Shown in pieces: positions 1-11,132 of a stretch of 64,000 nt of DNA. Position numbers and translations under genes: made by a program. Origin of the DNA: Candidatus Hydrogenedentota bacterium. Lineage in GTDB: Bacteria > Hydrogenedentota > Hydrogenedentia > Hydrogenedentales > GCA-2746185. A model generated the notes under the pieces. It worked only from the letters and a program-made list of their open reading frames with translations. It ran no database searches and was not told where the DNA came from. Positions within the stretch are counted from its first letter, which is position 1; the number at the start of each line of letters is the position of its first letter. The DNA is taken from assembly GCA_046583315.1 (NCBI GenBank), contig JAYGCN010000011.1:28562-92561 (forward strand). The letters run 5' to 3'.

Positions 1-2
1 CT

Positions 3-806
3 GAAATCACCGACGCGCCCGACGCAAAACGACTCACCGCTCCGCAAGGCCGAATCGAATTCCGCGAAGTCTCCTTCGGCTATACCCCTGACTTACCCGT
101 GTTGCACGACATTTCCTTCATCATCGAACCCGGCGAATCCGTCGCCTTCGTAGGACGCAGCGGCGCGGGAAAAAGCACGCTCGTCAATTTGGTGCCGCGT
201 TTCTTCGACGTCAACGTCGGGGAAATCCTCGTGGACGATCACACCCTCAAAACACTACAAGTCAAAAGTCTTCGCGAAAGCATCGGCATGGTTCTCCAGG
301 ATTCCATCCTCTTCGCAGGCACCATCCGCGACAACATCCTCTACGGAAAACGCAACGCATCCGAAACCCAAATGCTCACCGCCGCCACCATGGCCCACGT
401 CGATGAATTCGTCGACGAATTGCCCGAAGGTTACGACACCGTCATCGGCGAACGCGGCGTGAAACTCAGCGGCGGTCAGAAACAGCGCATCAGCATCGCA
501 CGCGCCTTCCTGCGCGATCCCCGCATCCTCATTCTCGACGAAGCCACCTCCAGCCTCGATTCCCACGCCGAAAACATCATCCAGGACGCACTCACCGAAC
601 TCATGGACGGCCGCACCACCCTCGTCATCGCCCACCGCCTCTCCACCATCGTCGGCTGCGATCGCGTCATCGTCATCGAAGCCGGCCGCATCGTACAAAG
701 CGGCAACCACGACTCCCTCATCCAAACCGAAGGCCCCTACCGCGCACTCTGCGAAGAACAATTCGGCTACGTCCGCCTCGAATGTCTCGGCGAGAATCCC
801 GCCTAG
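3..806 (+). CDS. ABC transporter ATP-binding/permease (MsbA-like exporter), C-terminal NBD; 5' partial
   Basis: Walker A GRSGAGKS, signature LSGGQKQR, Walker B ILILDEAT, H-loop IAHRLST; frame is open to the window edge. Confidence 0.9.
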   Translation, partial: EITDAPDAKRLTAPQGRIEFREVSFGYTPDLPVLHDISFIIEPGESVAFVGRSGAGKSTLVNLVPRFFDVNVGEILVDDHTLKTLQVKSLRESIGMVLQDSILFAGTIRDNILYGKRNASETQMLTAATMAHVDEFVDELPEGYDTVIGERGVKLSGGQKQRISIARAFLRDPRILILDEATSSLDSHAENIIQDALTELMDGRTTLVIAHRLSTIVGCDRVIVIEAGRIVQSGNHDSLIQTEGPYRALCEEQFGYVRLECLGENPA

Positions 807-873
807 TCCTACCGTGCTACAATGAATATTCGCGATGCGCGCGATGTATCATTGACATGGAGGAAATAAAATT

Positions 874-1476
874 ATGAGCAAGATAGGTTCGTTTCTGCTG
901 GCGACACTGCTGGGTGGCGTCGTCTTTATGTTCCCCATTGTGATTGTTGGGACCCTGTTCGTGAAGACCTACGAAATTCTGAAAGGGGCTTCCGGAGTCG
1001 TCACCATGCTCCTGCCGGATTTGACCGTCGCCGGCATTGCGCTGGTTGACCTTCTGATTGTCGTGGCCATGCTCGGCATCTGTTTCAGTGCTGGCATGGT
1101 GGCCGAACATCGCTTCGCGCATTTTCTAAGAGACACGGTCGAGAATAAAATCGCGCTCGTGTTTCCCCGATACACCATCCTCAAAGCCCAGCTCGCGGGC
1201 AACATCGGCAATGACCTCGCGCAAGCCCAACTGAAACCCGTCGCTGTGCGATTCGACGACCAAACGCAAATCGCCTTCGAAGTCGAGCGACCCAACGATG
1301 ACATGGTGACCGTGTACATTCCCGGTGCCCCCGATGCCTGGGGCGGCGGTGTAGTCCATGTAGCACCAGAACGCGTGCATCCCCTCGATACCGATATTCG
1401 CGATGTCGTTCGCGCCATGAATCGCATGGGCCGTGAATCCCGGAGTATCGTGAAAGATCTCCCGAAACCGGCCTAA
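874..1476 (+). CDS. DUF502-like membrane protein
   Basis: GGAGG RBS; two N-terminal hydrophobic helices; C-terminal VTVYIPGAPDAWGG motif typical of the family. Confidence 0.7.
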   Translation: MSKIGSFLLATLLGGVVFMFPIVIVGTLFVKTYEILKGASGVVTMLLPDLTVAGIALVDLLIVVAMLGICFSAGMVAEHRFAHFLRDTVENKIALVFPRYTILKAQLAGNIGNDLAQAQLKPVAVRFDDQTQIAFEVERPNDDMVTVYIPGAPDAWGGGVVHVAPERVHPLDTDIRDVVRAMNRMGRESRSIVKDLPKPA

Positions 1477-1528
1477 CCCCTTAACGACAATCTAGTTAAG
1501 ACGACCATTCACAGGATACCCAATACGA

Positions 1529-1549
1529 AAACCATAGTTTTTATAGTTT
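1529..1549. promoter_or_regulatory. Imperfect inverted repeat upstream of suf operon; candidate Rrf2-family operator
   Basis: AAACCATA-N5-TATAGTTT, one mismatch from a perfect palindrome, in the AT-rich intergenic region before sufB. Confidence 0.3.
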
Positions 1550-1718
1550 CGCGCGAGAATAATGGATACTCTTGCTGATTATGTGCTATATTACCTCGCT
1601 AGAAACTGAGCCAGCATCTCCGTTCATATCCGGATCTGTCCACCCATTTCTGGATTTAGGATTTGGCGCATAAATCCTTTTACGATAACGAGATACAACA
1701 AAAATAATTAGGTGAGCT

Positions 1719-3209
1719 ATGAGTTCCCAGGAAATTCTTGATTCCGAATATACCGGAAGCCGCGTCGAACAAAGCAACCGGAAAGCCGCCGAACTCGCCG
1801 ATACCGAGTACAAACACGGCTGGTCCGTCGACATTGATGCCGATACCTTTCCCCCCGGACTAAACGAAGATGTCGTTCGCGCATTGTCAGCGAAAAAGGA
1901 AGAGCCCGAATGGCTCACCGAATATCGCCTCAAAGCCTATCGACATTGGTTAACCCTCGAAGAGCCCCACTGGCTCAATGGTGACTACCCCCCAATCGAT
2001 TACCAGGCGGTCAGTTATTATTCTGCTCCGAAGCAAAAGAAGTTGCTCAACAGCATGGACGAAGTCGACCCTGAAATTCTGCGGGCCTTCGAAAAACTCG
2101 GCGTACCCCTTGATGAGCAAAAACAGCTCGCCGGTGTAGCCGTGGATGCTGTCTTCGACAGCGTTTCCGTCGCCACCACACACAAAGACATTCTTGCGAA
2201 ACAAGGCATCATCTTCTGCTCCTTTAGCGAAGCCGTGAAGGAACATCCCGAACTCGTCAAAAAGTACTTGAGCACCGTAGTGCCGGCCAACGACAACTAT
2301 TACGCCGCGCTCAACTCCGCTGTATTCACGGACGGCTCTTTCGCCTACATTCCCAAAGGTGTCAAATGCCCGATGGATCTGTCCACTTATTTCCGCATCA
2401 ATCAGGCCAACACCGGGCAATTCGAACGCACACTCATCATCGCAGACGAAGGTGCCTCCGTAAACTATCTCGAAGGCTGCACGGCTCCACAACGCGACGA
2501 GAATCAGTTGCATGCAGCCGTCGTCGAAATCGTTGCTCTCGACAACGCCACGGTAAGTTATTCGACCGTGCAAAACTGGTACGCCGGAAATGACGAAGGT
2601 GTTGGTGGTATCTACAACTTCGTCACCAAACGTGGCAAATGCCAGGGCGTCAATTCGCGCATCTCCTGGACGCAAGTCGAGACCGGTTCCGCCATCACCT
2701 GGAAATACCCGAGCTGCCTGCTCATCGGCGACAACTCCGTCGGCGAATTCTATTCGGTAGCCGTCAGCCACAAACGCCAGATCGCCGATACGGGCACGAA
2801 AATGATTCACATCGGAAAAAACACCAAGAGCACGGTGATCTCCAAGACCATTTCGGCTGGCAGAGGCCAGAACAGCTACCGCGGGCTCATCAAAATCATG
2901 CCCAAGGCCACTGGTTCACGCAGTTATACGCAATGCGATTCGTTGCTCATCGGCGACAAATGCGGCGCCCATACCTTCCCGACTATCGAAGTGAAAAACA
3001 CGTCATCCAACGTGGAGCACGAAGCCTCCACGTCGAAGATAAGCGAAGATCAACTGTTCTATTGTCAGCAACGAGGCATGTCGACCGACGACGCTGTATC
3101 CACCATCATCAACGGATACTGCAAAGAAGTCTTCGACCATCTGCCCATGGAATTTGCCGTGGAAGCGTCCAACCTGCTCGGACTTACCCTCGAAGGCAGC
3201 GTCGGCTAA
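1719..3209 (+). CDS. sufB: Fe-S cluster assembly protein SufB
   Basis: Motifs [44 protein letters not shown]. Confidence 0.97.
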   Translation: MSSQEILDSEYTGSRVEQSNRKAAELADTEYKHGWSVDIDADTFPPGLNEDVVRALSAKKEEPEWLTEYRLKAYRHWLTLEEPHWLNGDYPPIDYQAVSYYSAPKQKKLLNSMDEVDPEILRAFEKLGVPLDEQKQLAGVAVDAVFDSVSVATTHKDILAKQGIIFCSFSEAVKEHPELVKKYLSTVVPANDNYYAALNSAVFTDGSFAYIPKGVKCPMDLSTYFRINQANTGQFERTLIIADEGASVNYLEGCTAPQRDENQLHAAVVEIVALDNATVSYSTVQNWYAGNDEGVGGIYNFVTKRGKCQGVNSRISWTQVETGSAITWKYPSCLLIGDNSVGEFYSVAVSHKRQIADTGTKMIHIGKNTKSTVISKTISAGRGQNSYRGLIKIMPKATGSRSYTQCDSLLIGDKCGAHTFPTIEVKNTSSNVEHEASTSKISEDQLFYCQQRGMSTDDAVSTIINGYCKEVFDHLPMEFAVEASNLLGLTLEGSVG

Positions 3210-3267
3210 TCCACCCAAACCAACCCGCGACCCTTTTCAATCCGGAAAGGAGCACCCAAGGAACACC

Positions 3268-4020
3268 ATGTTAGAAGTTAAAAATTTCCACGTCAGCGTC
3301 GAAGACACTGAAATCCTCAGAGGCCTCGACCTTACCGTCAACGCCGGCGAAGTACACGCCATCATGGGACCCAACGGTTCCGGTAAAAGTACGCTCGCCC
3401 AGGCCCTCGCCGGTCACAACGCCTACGACATTACCCAGGGGTCTGCCACTTTCCTCGGGCAGGACCTTCTCGAAATGCCTCCAGAAGAACGGGCGCGGCT
3501 CGGCCTCTTCCTCGCCTTCCAATACCCCGTCGAAATCCCCGGCATCTCCAATGCGTACTTCCTTCAATCGTCACTCAACGAAGTCCGCAAGAGCCACGGC
3601 CTCGAGGAACTGGACGCCCTCGATTTTCAAGACCTCCTTGCCAAAAAAATGGAGCTCGTAAACGTCCCGCTGCATTTCGCCGATCGTAACGTCAACGAAT
3701 GCTTCTCCGGTGGCGAGAAATAACGCAACGAGATCTTACAGATGGCTGTCATGGAACCTAAACTCGCCATCCTCGACGAAACCGACTCCGGCCTCGACAT
3801 CGACGCCTTGCGCATCGTCTCCGACGGCATCAACAACCTGCGCAACCCCGAGCGCGCATTCGTGCTCATCACCCATTACCAACGACTGCTCGACTACGTG
3901 AAACCCGACTTCGTGCACGTGCTCTATCAAGGCCGCATCGTCAAGTCGGGTGGACCTGAACTGGCCATGGAACTGGAAGAAAAGGGATACGACTGGATCC
4001 GCGAGTTAAACCCCGCCTAA
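3268..4020 (+). CDS. sufC: Fe-S cluster assembly ATPase SufC, interrupted by in-frame TAA at 3721-3723
   Basis: [48 protein letters not shown]; both halves in the same frame. Confidence 0.93.
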
Positions 4021-4048
4021 CCACTCCCAGGGAGCAGAAAACACTATC

Positions 4049-5365
4049 ATGACCGATGTAGCCGAACGTACTGACCGCGCACACTTCATCGCCGATCTCG
4101 AAGCCCTCGCCACAAGCGAAGCCCCCGATTGGCTCAAAGAGCTGCGCGCCGATGCCGCCGCCGAGTTCAACGCGACCGAATTCCCAACCTATCGCGACGA
4201 AGTCTGGCGCCGCACCGATATCAAAGCCATCCTGCGCACAGAGTTTCAGAGTACTGCGGGAGCATCCCCGACACTTGGCCAAGACGACATCGCGCAATTC
4301 TCTTACGCCCAAGACGGTATGCTGGAACTCGTTCTGGTAGACGGCGTCTATTCGCCTGATCTTTCCAGCACCTCAGACGCGCCAGATTCCATCACGGTCT
4401 CCTCGCTGGCAGAAGCACTCACCAACAACGTTCAAGGCCTCCGTGCGCAACTCAACGACACAGCGAAAAACACCAGCGCATTCGTCCCCCTCAACACCGC
4501 CTTCATCCAGGACGGCGCCTACATCGACGTTCCCGACAACACACAATTCGAAACACCCATCCACGTGTTGTACATCACCACCCGTAGCGGCTCCGTGGCC
4601 ACCCATCCTCGTAACCTCATCGTTGTCGGCCAATCCTCCCAGGTTACCCTCATCGAATCCTATGTGTCCCTTGGCGATACAAACGACTATCTCACCAACG
4701 GCGTCACCGAGATCGCGCTCGGCGACAACGCAAAAGTCACGCATTACAAATTGATCGACGAAGGCGCCCACGCCTACCACATGTTTTCCACACAAGTGCA
4801 CGAAGGCCGCGACTGCTCCTTCAACTCACACGTCATGACATTGTCCGGTCAAATCGTCCGCAACGAACTCAACGTCGATCTTGCCGGAGAAAACGGCAAC
4901 TGCGACTTAAACGGACTCTACCTGAACGATGGCGACCGTCTCATCGACAACGCCCTCTTCGTGCAACACTCCGTATCCCGCTGTTACAGCCGCATGGGCT
5001 ACAAAGGCGTGCTCGACGACAAAAGCACCTCCGTCTTCACCGGCAAAGTCGTCGTACCACCCGATTCCCAACAAACCGACTCGGATCAGCTTAATAACAA
5101 CTTACTTCTGTCCGATAACGCAACGATAAACACCAATCCCCAGCTGGAAATCTTCGCCGACGACGTAAAATGCACCCACGGAGCCACCATTGGTGGATTC
5201 CCCCCCGAATTGGTATTCTACTTTCAAAGCCGGGGCATGGACGCGGCCACGGCAGACGGCATTCTGACCTACGGATTCGCGGCTGAGGTCGTCGATTCCA
5301 TAAAAGTCGAATCCCTGCGAACCCGCCTGTCCGATTACGTGTTTAAGAAGTATAGTCCCAAATAA
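4049..5365 (+). CDS. sufD: Fe-S cluster assembly protein SufD
   Basis: PQLEIFADDVKCTHGAT motif; position in the suf operon. Confidence 0.95.
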   Translation: MTDVAERTDRAHFIADLEALATSEAPDWLKELRADAAAEFNATEFPTYRDEVWRRTDIKAILRTEFQSTAGASPTLGQDDIAQFSYAQDGMLELVLVDGVYSPDLSSTSDAPDSITVSSLAEALTNNVQGLRAQLNDTAKNTSAFVPLNTAFIQDGAYIDVPDNTQFETPIHVLYITTRSGSVATHPRNLIVVGQSSQVTLIESYVSLGDTNDYLTNGVTEIALGDNAKVTHYKLIDEGAHAYHMFSTQVHEGRDCSFNSHVMTLSGQIVRNELNVDLAGENGNCDLNGLYLNDGDRLIDNALFVQHSVSRCYSRMGYKGVLDDKSTSVFTGKVVVPPDSQQTDSDQLNNNLLLSDNATINTNPQLEIFADDVKCTHGATIGGFPPELVFYFQSRGMDAATADGILTYGFAAEVVDSIKVESLRTRLSDYVFKKYSPK

Positions 5366-5421
5366 GACTGCGCATAACAGGGGGGTCAGTAACCTCCACG
5401 CAACAGAATCGGGATTTCCAC

Positions 5422-6660
5422 ATGTTAACTGAAACAACGACATACCCCATTAAATCCATTCGTGCCGACTTTCCAGTCTTTCACGAAGTGTTTCCCCATG
5501 GAAAGCCGCTGGTGTACCTAGACAATGCCGCGACAAGTCAAAAACCTCAACAGGTCATTGACGCGATCGCCCATTATTACACCGCGGAAAACTCCAACGT
5601 GCACCGGGGCATCCACTACCTCAGCCAACTCGCCACCGAAAAATATGATGCTACACGCGAAAAGGTACAACGCTTTTTCAACGCGCCCTCGCCCAACAAC
5701 ATCATCTTCACCTCCGGCAACACCGAAGCGCTCAACCTAGTCGCCCATTCCTACGGGGAAGCCTTCCTCAAAGAAGACGACGAAGTCATCATCTCCGAAA
5801 TGGAGCACCACTCCAACATCGTTCCCTGGCAAATGGCCTGCGAACGCACCGGAGCAACCCTTCGAATCGCCCCCATCAACGACAAAGGCGAAATCATCCT
5901 CGAAGAATTCGAGGCCATGCTCTCGGAAAAAACGAAATTCGTCGGCATCGTCTACGTATCCAACGCGCTCGGCACCATCAACCCCGTAAAACAAATCACC
6001 AAAATGGCCCACGATGTCGGCGCGGTGGTCATGCTCGATTCCGCACAGGCCGCGCCACACCTGCGCATCGACGTGCAGGATATCAATTGCGACTTCCTCT
6101 CCATCGCGCCCCACAAAATGTGCGGCCCCACCGGCATCGGCGCGCTCTACGGAAAAGCCGAGTTACTCGAAAAAATGCCCCCCTTCAAAGGCGGCGGTGA
6201 CATGATTCTCTCCGTCACATTCGAGAAAACCGTCTACAACGAAGTCCCCTTCAAATTCGAGGCCGGCACGCCCAACATCGCCGGCGTCATCGGACTCGGC
6301 GCAGCCATCGACTACATGATGAACATCGGTCTGGACAATATTGCAGCTCACGAAGCCGAGTTGCTCGCATACGGTACGGAACAATTGCAGACCGTCGACG
6401 GACTCAAATTCATCGGCACAGCGGACAACAAAGCCGGCGTCATGGGCTTCATCATGGACTCCGCGCACCCCCACGACATCGGCCAAATTCTCGACGGAGA
6501 GGGTATTGCCATCCGCGCGGGACACCACTGCGCCCAACCCGTCATGAAACACTTCGGAATACCCGCAACCGCACGCGCCTCCGTGGCGTTGTATAATACA
6601 AAAGAAGACATCGACGCGCTGGTCACTGCGCTCGCAAAAGTAAATGAGATGTTTGGATAA
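5422..6660 (+). CDS. sufS: Cysteine desulfurase SufS
   Basis: YLDNAATSQKP, MEHHSN, HKMCGPTG (PLP lysine), RAGHHCAQP. Confidence 0.96.
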   Translation: MLTETTTYPIKSIRADFPVFHEVFPHGKPLVYLDNAATSQKPQQVIDAIAHYYTAENSNVHRGIHYLSQLATEKYDATREKVQRFFNAPSPNNIIFTSGNTEALNLVAHSYGEAFLKEDDEVIISEMEHHSNIVPWQMACERTGATLRIAPINDKGEIILEEFEAMLSEKTKFVGIVYVSNALGTINPVKQITKMAHDVGAVVMLDSAQAAPHLRIDVQDINCDFLSIAPHKMCGPTGIGALYGKAELLEKMPPFKGGGDMILSVTFEKTVYNEVPFKFEAGTPNIAGVIGLGAAIDYMMNIGLDNIAAHEAELLAYGTEQLQTVDGLKFIGTADNKAGVMGFIMDSAHPHDIGQILDGEGIAIRAGHHCAQPVMKHFGIPATARASVALYNTKEDIDALVTALAKVNEMFG

Positions 6661-7115
6661 TGCCCGATCAACGCTCCCTATACGAAAAAGTCATCCTCGA
6701 CCATAACAAGTCGCCGCGGAATTTCCACGCCATGGAGAATCCCGACCATAAAGCCGAGGGTTACAACGCCCTCTGCGGTGACCAGTTCACGGTCTACCTG
6801 AAAATGGACGATCAAGACTGCATCGAAGACATCACCTTCGAAGGAGCCGGCTGCGCGATATCAAAATCCTCCGCATCCGTCATGACCACGCTACTCAAGG
6901 GGAAGTCCACGGCAGAAGCGACGAAGCTATTCACCGATTTCACCGAAATGATCACTTCCCGGCACGATGCCCCTCTCGACGAACAAGCATTAGGCAAATT
7001 AATGGTCTTCAGCGGAGTGCGTGAGTACCCCGTGCGCGTCAAATGCGCGACCTTGGCCTGGCACACGCTGATTTCCGCCCTCGAAGACCGCGGGGATTCC
7101 GTCAGTACCGAATAA
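6660..7115 (+). CDS. sufU: SUF system NifU-family protein SufU
   Basis: NALCGD, GCAISKSSAS, RVKCATLAW; start overlaps the sufS stop. Confidence 0.95.
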   Translation: MPDQRSLYEKVILDHNKSPRNFHAMENPDHKAEGYNALCGDQFTVYLKMDDQDCIEDITFEGAGCAISKSSASVMTTLLKGKSTAEATKLFTDFTEMITSRHDAPLDEQALGKLMVFSGVREYPVRVKCATLAWHTLISALEDRGDSVSTE

Positions 7116-7277
7116 TTCAACAAATAACTGGCCTTCCGGGGCCAATGGACATTAGAATTCACATAGTGGTAGACTATCGACCCAATAGCAGTGCTACACA
7201 TAAGCACGCTGGGAAAACCAAATAAACAATGGTCTTCTGCTTTACTTAACGACACTCTAAAGCAAGGATTTATATAC

Positions 7278-8348
7278 ATGCCGAATTCACTGGCAGGCCA
7301 GGATTTACTGACCCTGGAAGATACAATTCAGTCTATGCGCGACAAGCTCACCGGAATCGTTCCGGACGTCGAAATCACGCTCAAGGCGGAACTGGCCTAC
7401 AAAATAAATATACTCAAAGCCGAGAAAAACGCGGTGATTCTCGGCCACAACTACATGGAACCGGCCCTCTTTCATTCGGTACCTGACTACGTGGGCGATT
7501 CCCTCGAACTCTCCCGTGCCTCCATCGAAACCGATGCGGATATCATCCTCTTCTGCGGCGTGCAGTTCATGGCCGAGACCGCCAAGATTCTGAATCCCGA
7601 CAAGACGGTACTCATTCCGTCCCAGAAAGCAGGATGCTCACTCGCCGCAGGCATCACCGCCGAAGACATACGCGCGCTCAGAGTCGCCTACCCCGGCATC
7701 CCCGTCGTTACCTACATCAACACCTACGCAGACGTAAAAGCCGAATCCGACTACTGCTGCACCTCCGGTAACGGCTCCGCCGTCGTGCAACACCTCTTCG
7801 ATCTCGGACACAAACACGTCATCTTCCTGCCCGACGAATACCTCGCACGAAACACCGCCACCGAACTCGGCATCGGCTACGTGGAACCCGTCCTCGACGG
7901 ATCGCCACAAACCCTGCCCGCCGGCAATGCACTCATCGGCTGGAACGCTCGCTGCGAAGTCCACGAATTATTCAAAGTCGAAGACATCGAAGCCGCCCGT
8001 AAACAATTTCCTGACGTCGCCGTCATCGCCCATCCCGAGTGCAGCCCGGAAGTCATCAGCGTTTCCGACTTCTCCGGCAGCACCAAACAACTAATAGACT
8101 ACGTGCAGCGCGAAGACGCCAAACAATACTTACTACTCACCGAATGCTCCATGGGCGACAATATTGCGGCCGAAAATCCCGACAAAGACATGTTACGCCT
8201 CTGCAGCTTCCGATGCCCCTACATGAATCTCATCACCATGGAAGACACCCTCGCCGCACTCGAAGAAGTCCGCTACGAAGTCACCCTGGACCCCGACATC
8301 ATCGAACGAGCCCGCACCCCCATCGAGCGCATGCTGTCTATATTCTAG
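7278..8348 (+). CDS. nadA: Quinolinate synthase NadA
   Basis: ILGHNYM, FCGVQFMAETAKILNP, AGCSLA, CEVH, AHPEC, CPYM; start placed at ATG 7278 after AAGGA. Confidence 0.95.
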   Translation: MPNSLAGQDLLTLEDTIQSMRDKLTGIVPDVEITLKAELAYKINILKAEKNAVILGHNYMEPALFHSVPDYVGDSLELSRASIETDADIILFCGVQFMAETAKILNPDKTVLIPSQKAGCSLAAGITAEDIRALRVAYPGIPVVTYINTYADVKAESDYCCTSGNGSAVVQHLFDLGHKHVIFLPDEYLARNTATELGIGYVEPVLDGSPQTLPAGNALIGWNARCEVHELFKVEDIEAARKQFPDVAVIAHPECSPEVISVSDFSGSTKQLIDYVQREDAKQYLLLTECSMGDNIAAENPDKDMLRLCSFRCPYMNLITMEDTLAALEEVRYEVTLDPDIIERARTPIERMLSIF

Positions 8349-8368
8349 GTTCGCGACAGCCTACTTTT

Positions 8369-8425
8369 CGTCATTCCCTGGCATAGCGAAACGCACCCCA
8401 AACGCCTAGTCCGTGTTCATCCGTG
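8369..8425. repeat. Degenerate GTCAT-type REP-like element plus CACGGA 10-bp tandem
   Basis: CGTCATTCCCTGGCATAGCGAAACGC at 8369; minus-strand CACGGATGAA-CACGGACTAG ending at 8425. Confidence 0.4.
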
Positions 8426-8566
8426 CTTACTATTCCCCATTTTGTGTCGTAATTCCTTGAATATTCCCCCGAAAACCGCGTCCATATAAATACTTCGCCG
8501 CAAATGCAACGATTTCCGGTTTCACACAGTCTAATCGCTATAGGACCCCAACAGGAGAACCAGACC

Positions 8567-9109
8567 ATGAAGACCCTTTGTTCACTACTCGCTCTTGCCG
8601 TTATGCTGACAGGCCTACCGCTGTCCGCGATGGCTGCTGAGGAAGAAAACACGGCTGATGAGTACGTCAGCACTGCCGATTCCACCGATCCTCTCGTTTT
8701 GGAAGAGGACGACCGGCACTCGCATGTACGGGCATTCCCGCTGGTGAATCATCGCCGGCATGGGGAAGATACCCGCACGAAATTCGTATATTTGCCCGGC
8801 GCATCGGTCGTCAAAACCCGCACCAGTGACGATGAAAAGAAGGTCGCCGTATTGGATATTCCCTTCTTCACGCTGGCTGAATCAAAATCGAACGCCAACG
8901 GCGAATTCGACAACAAGTTTATCGACCTACCCATATTCGGATCCCTCTTCCGCCACAAACGCCAAGGAAACAAGGAAAAAGTCCGATTCCTCATCTTCAG
9001 TCACACCCGCCCTGTCGACCCTGACGAATATGGCGACCCGAAAACCCACAAACCCAAGCCCGTCCGCCAGAATCGTGGTAAAGGCGGCTCTATCCATCGC
9101 GCCCACTAG
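8567..9109 (+). CDS. Secreted hypothetical protein with short internal repeats
   Basis: AGGAG RBS, signal peptide ending SAMA, repeats FVYLP / VLDIP / FIDLP. Confidence 0.75.
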   Translation: MKTLCSLLALAVMLTGLPLSAMAAEEENTADEYVSTADSTDPLVLEEDDRHSHVRAFPLVNHRRHGEDTRTKFVYLPGASVVKTRTSDDEKKVAVLDIPFFTLAESKSNANGEFDNKFIDLPIFGSLFRHKRQGNKEKVRFLIFSHTRPVDPDEYGDPKTHKPKPVRQNRGKGGSIHRAH

Positions 9110-9139
9110 CTGTTCGCTAGTCGATGGCCTGATGTTTCG

Positions 9140-9188
9140 ACCCGCACCCGGTACGCGCTACTCCTCTTCACCGGGTGCGGGTTCTTTT
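9140..9188 (+). terminator. Intrinsic terminator
   Basis: ACCCGCACCCGGT...ACCGGGTGCGGGT followed by TCTTTT. Confidence 0.75.
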
Positions 9189-9302
9189 GATCGCCGCGCG
9201 CAACGGCTCATCCATTGAAGATCCCGTGTAAAACCGCGTATCATACCGCTTTCTGCGCATAACCCTGCGTATGCTAAGGCACACTGAACACACGGAGTCC
9301 CC

Positions 9303-11132
9303 ATGAGCGAAGCATTATCCGAATTGTCGCCGGAGAAAAACACCGACATCTACAAAATCCGCCATTCCCTGGCCCACATCATGGCTCAGGCCGTTCTGGA
9401 GATCCGACCCGCCGCAAAAATGGCCTTCGGCCCTCCCGTCGAATTCGGGTTCTACTACGACTTCGATTTCGGCGAGGAACCCATCGGTGAAAAAGACCTC
9501 GAAGAGATCGAAAATCGAATGCGGAAAATCATCAAACAGAAGCAAGATTTTGAGCACTCCTACAAGACCCTCGACGAAGCGGTCGCCTTTCTCGAAGAAA
9601 CCGATCAATCCTACAAAATCGAATACGCCAAAGAACTCGTCGAAACTGGAAAAGCCGGCGACGAAGGCCTCGGATTCTACACCAACGGCCTATTCATGGA
9701 CATGTGTGAAGGCCCGCACCTCGAAACCACGGGCGAAGTTCCCAAGGCCTGCTTCAAACTCGACCGTATTTCCGGTTCGTACTGGCGTGGTGACGAAAAA
9801 AATCCCATGCTCACCCGCATCTACGGTCTCGCCTTCGAACGCAAGGCTGATTTAAAAGACTACATTGAACGCCGTAAACTCGCCATGGAACGCGATCACC
9901 GTAAATTGGGCGAAGAACTCGATCTCTTTTTCATGGACCAGGAAGTCGGTGTCGGTCTCCCCATGTGGATGCCCAACGGCGCGGTCCTTCGCGATGAATT
10001 GGAAAAGTGGGCGCAGGAAGAAGAATTCAAAGCCGGCTACGTACGTGTTTCGACACCATCCATCACCCGCGGCGGACTCTACGAGCGCTCAGGTCACCTT
10101 CCATATTATGCCGAAGACATGTATCCGCCCATGACCGTCGACGACAACGACAAATACTACCTGCGGCCGATGAATTGTCCGCATCACCACAAAATATTCG
10201 CCGCGCGCCCGCACAGCTACCGTGATCTTCCGCTACGTCTCGCAGAATACGGCGACACCTTTCGCTACGAAAAACACGGCTCACTCGCAGGACTTCTCCG
10301 CGTGCGCGCCATGTGCATGAACGATGCCCACATCTACTGTACACCCGATCAGGTGGAAGAGGAATTTCGTAGCATCATCGACATGTACAAACTGTATTAC
10401 GATAAATTGCGCATGGGTAGTTTCCAGGCACGCCTTTCCCTAAGCGATTCAAACTCCGACAAATTCGTCGGCGACCGCAAAGAATGGGAACGCACCGAAG
10501 CCATTGTGCGTCAGGTACTCACCAATCTCGATGTCGACTTTGAAGAAGTATACGGAGAAGCCGCCTTTTACGGCCCCAAACTCGATATCCAGGTGAAAAA
10601 CCTGCTCGGTCGCGAAGAAACCGTCTCCACCTGTCAACTCGATTTCGTCGTGGCAAAACGCTTCGGCCTGGAATACATCGACGCGGACGGCGAACGCAAA
10701 ACACCCTTCATCATTCACCGCGCACCGCTCAGCACGCACGAGCGCATGATCAGTTTCCTCATCGAACTCTACGGCGGCGCATTCCCCACATGGATGGCAC
10801 CGACCCAGGTCAAACTCATCCCCATCAACGATGAGATTCTCCCCTATGCACAGGAAATCGCCGACACCCTTCGCGGCAACCTCTTCCGCGCAAGCATCGA
10901 CACCTCCAACGAGTCGTTCAACAAGAAGATTCGGAACGCTGTCACCAGCAAAATCCCGAACATCTGGATTCTCGGCGGCAAAGAAATGGAAGCACGCAAC
11001 ATCACCTGGCGTCGCTACTGCATCAAGGAACAGCAGACCGTCTCGCTCGATGCCGCATACGGCGCACTCGAAACACTGCGCACCGACCGCCTCATGGATA
11101 ACTTCGACGACGTCGCCTTGCCGTTATCTTAG
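9303..11132 (+). CDS. thrS: Threonine--tRNA ligase (short form without TGS domain)
   Basis: IRHSLAH, GFYYDF, CEGPH, RDHRKLG, RPMNCPHH, AAFYGPKLD, IIHRAP. Confidence 0.97.
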   Translation: MSEALSELSPEKNTDIYKIRHSLAHIMAQAVLEIRPAAKMAFGPPVEFGFYYDFDFGEEPIGEKDLEEIENRMRKIIKQKQDFEHSYKTLDEAVAFLEETDQSYKIEYAKELVETGKAGDEGLGFYTNGLFMDMCEGPHLETTGEVPKACFKLDRISGSYWRGDEKNPMLTRIYGLAFERKADLKDYIERRKLAMERDHRKLGEELDLFFMDQEVGVGLPMWMPNGAVLRDELEKWAQEEEFKAGYVRVSTPSITRGGLYERSGHLPYYAEDMYPPMTVDDNDKYYLRPMNCPHHHKIFAARPHSYRDLPLRLAEYGDTFRYEKHGSLAGLLRVRAMCMNDAHIYCTPDQVEEEFRSIIDMYKLYYDKLRMGSFQARLSLSDSNSDKFVGDRKEWERTEAIVRQVLTNLDVDFEEVYGEAAFYGPKLDIQVKNLLGREETVSTCQLDFVVAKRFGLEYIDADGERKTPFIIHRAPLSTHERMISFLIELYGGAFPTWMAPTQVKLIPINDEILPYAQEIADTLRGNLFRASIDTSNESFNKKIRNAVTSKIPNIWILGGKEMEARNITWRRYCIKEQQTVSLDAAYGALETLRTDRLMDNFDDVALPLS

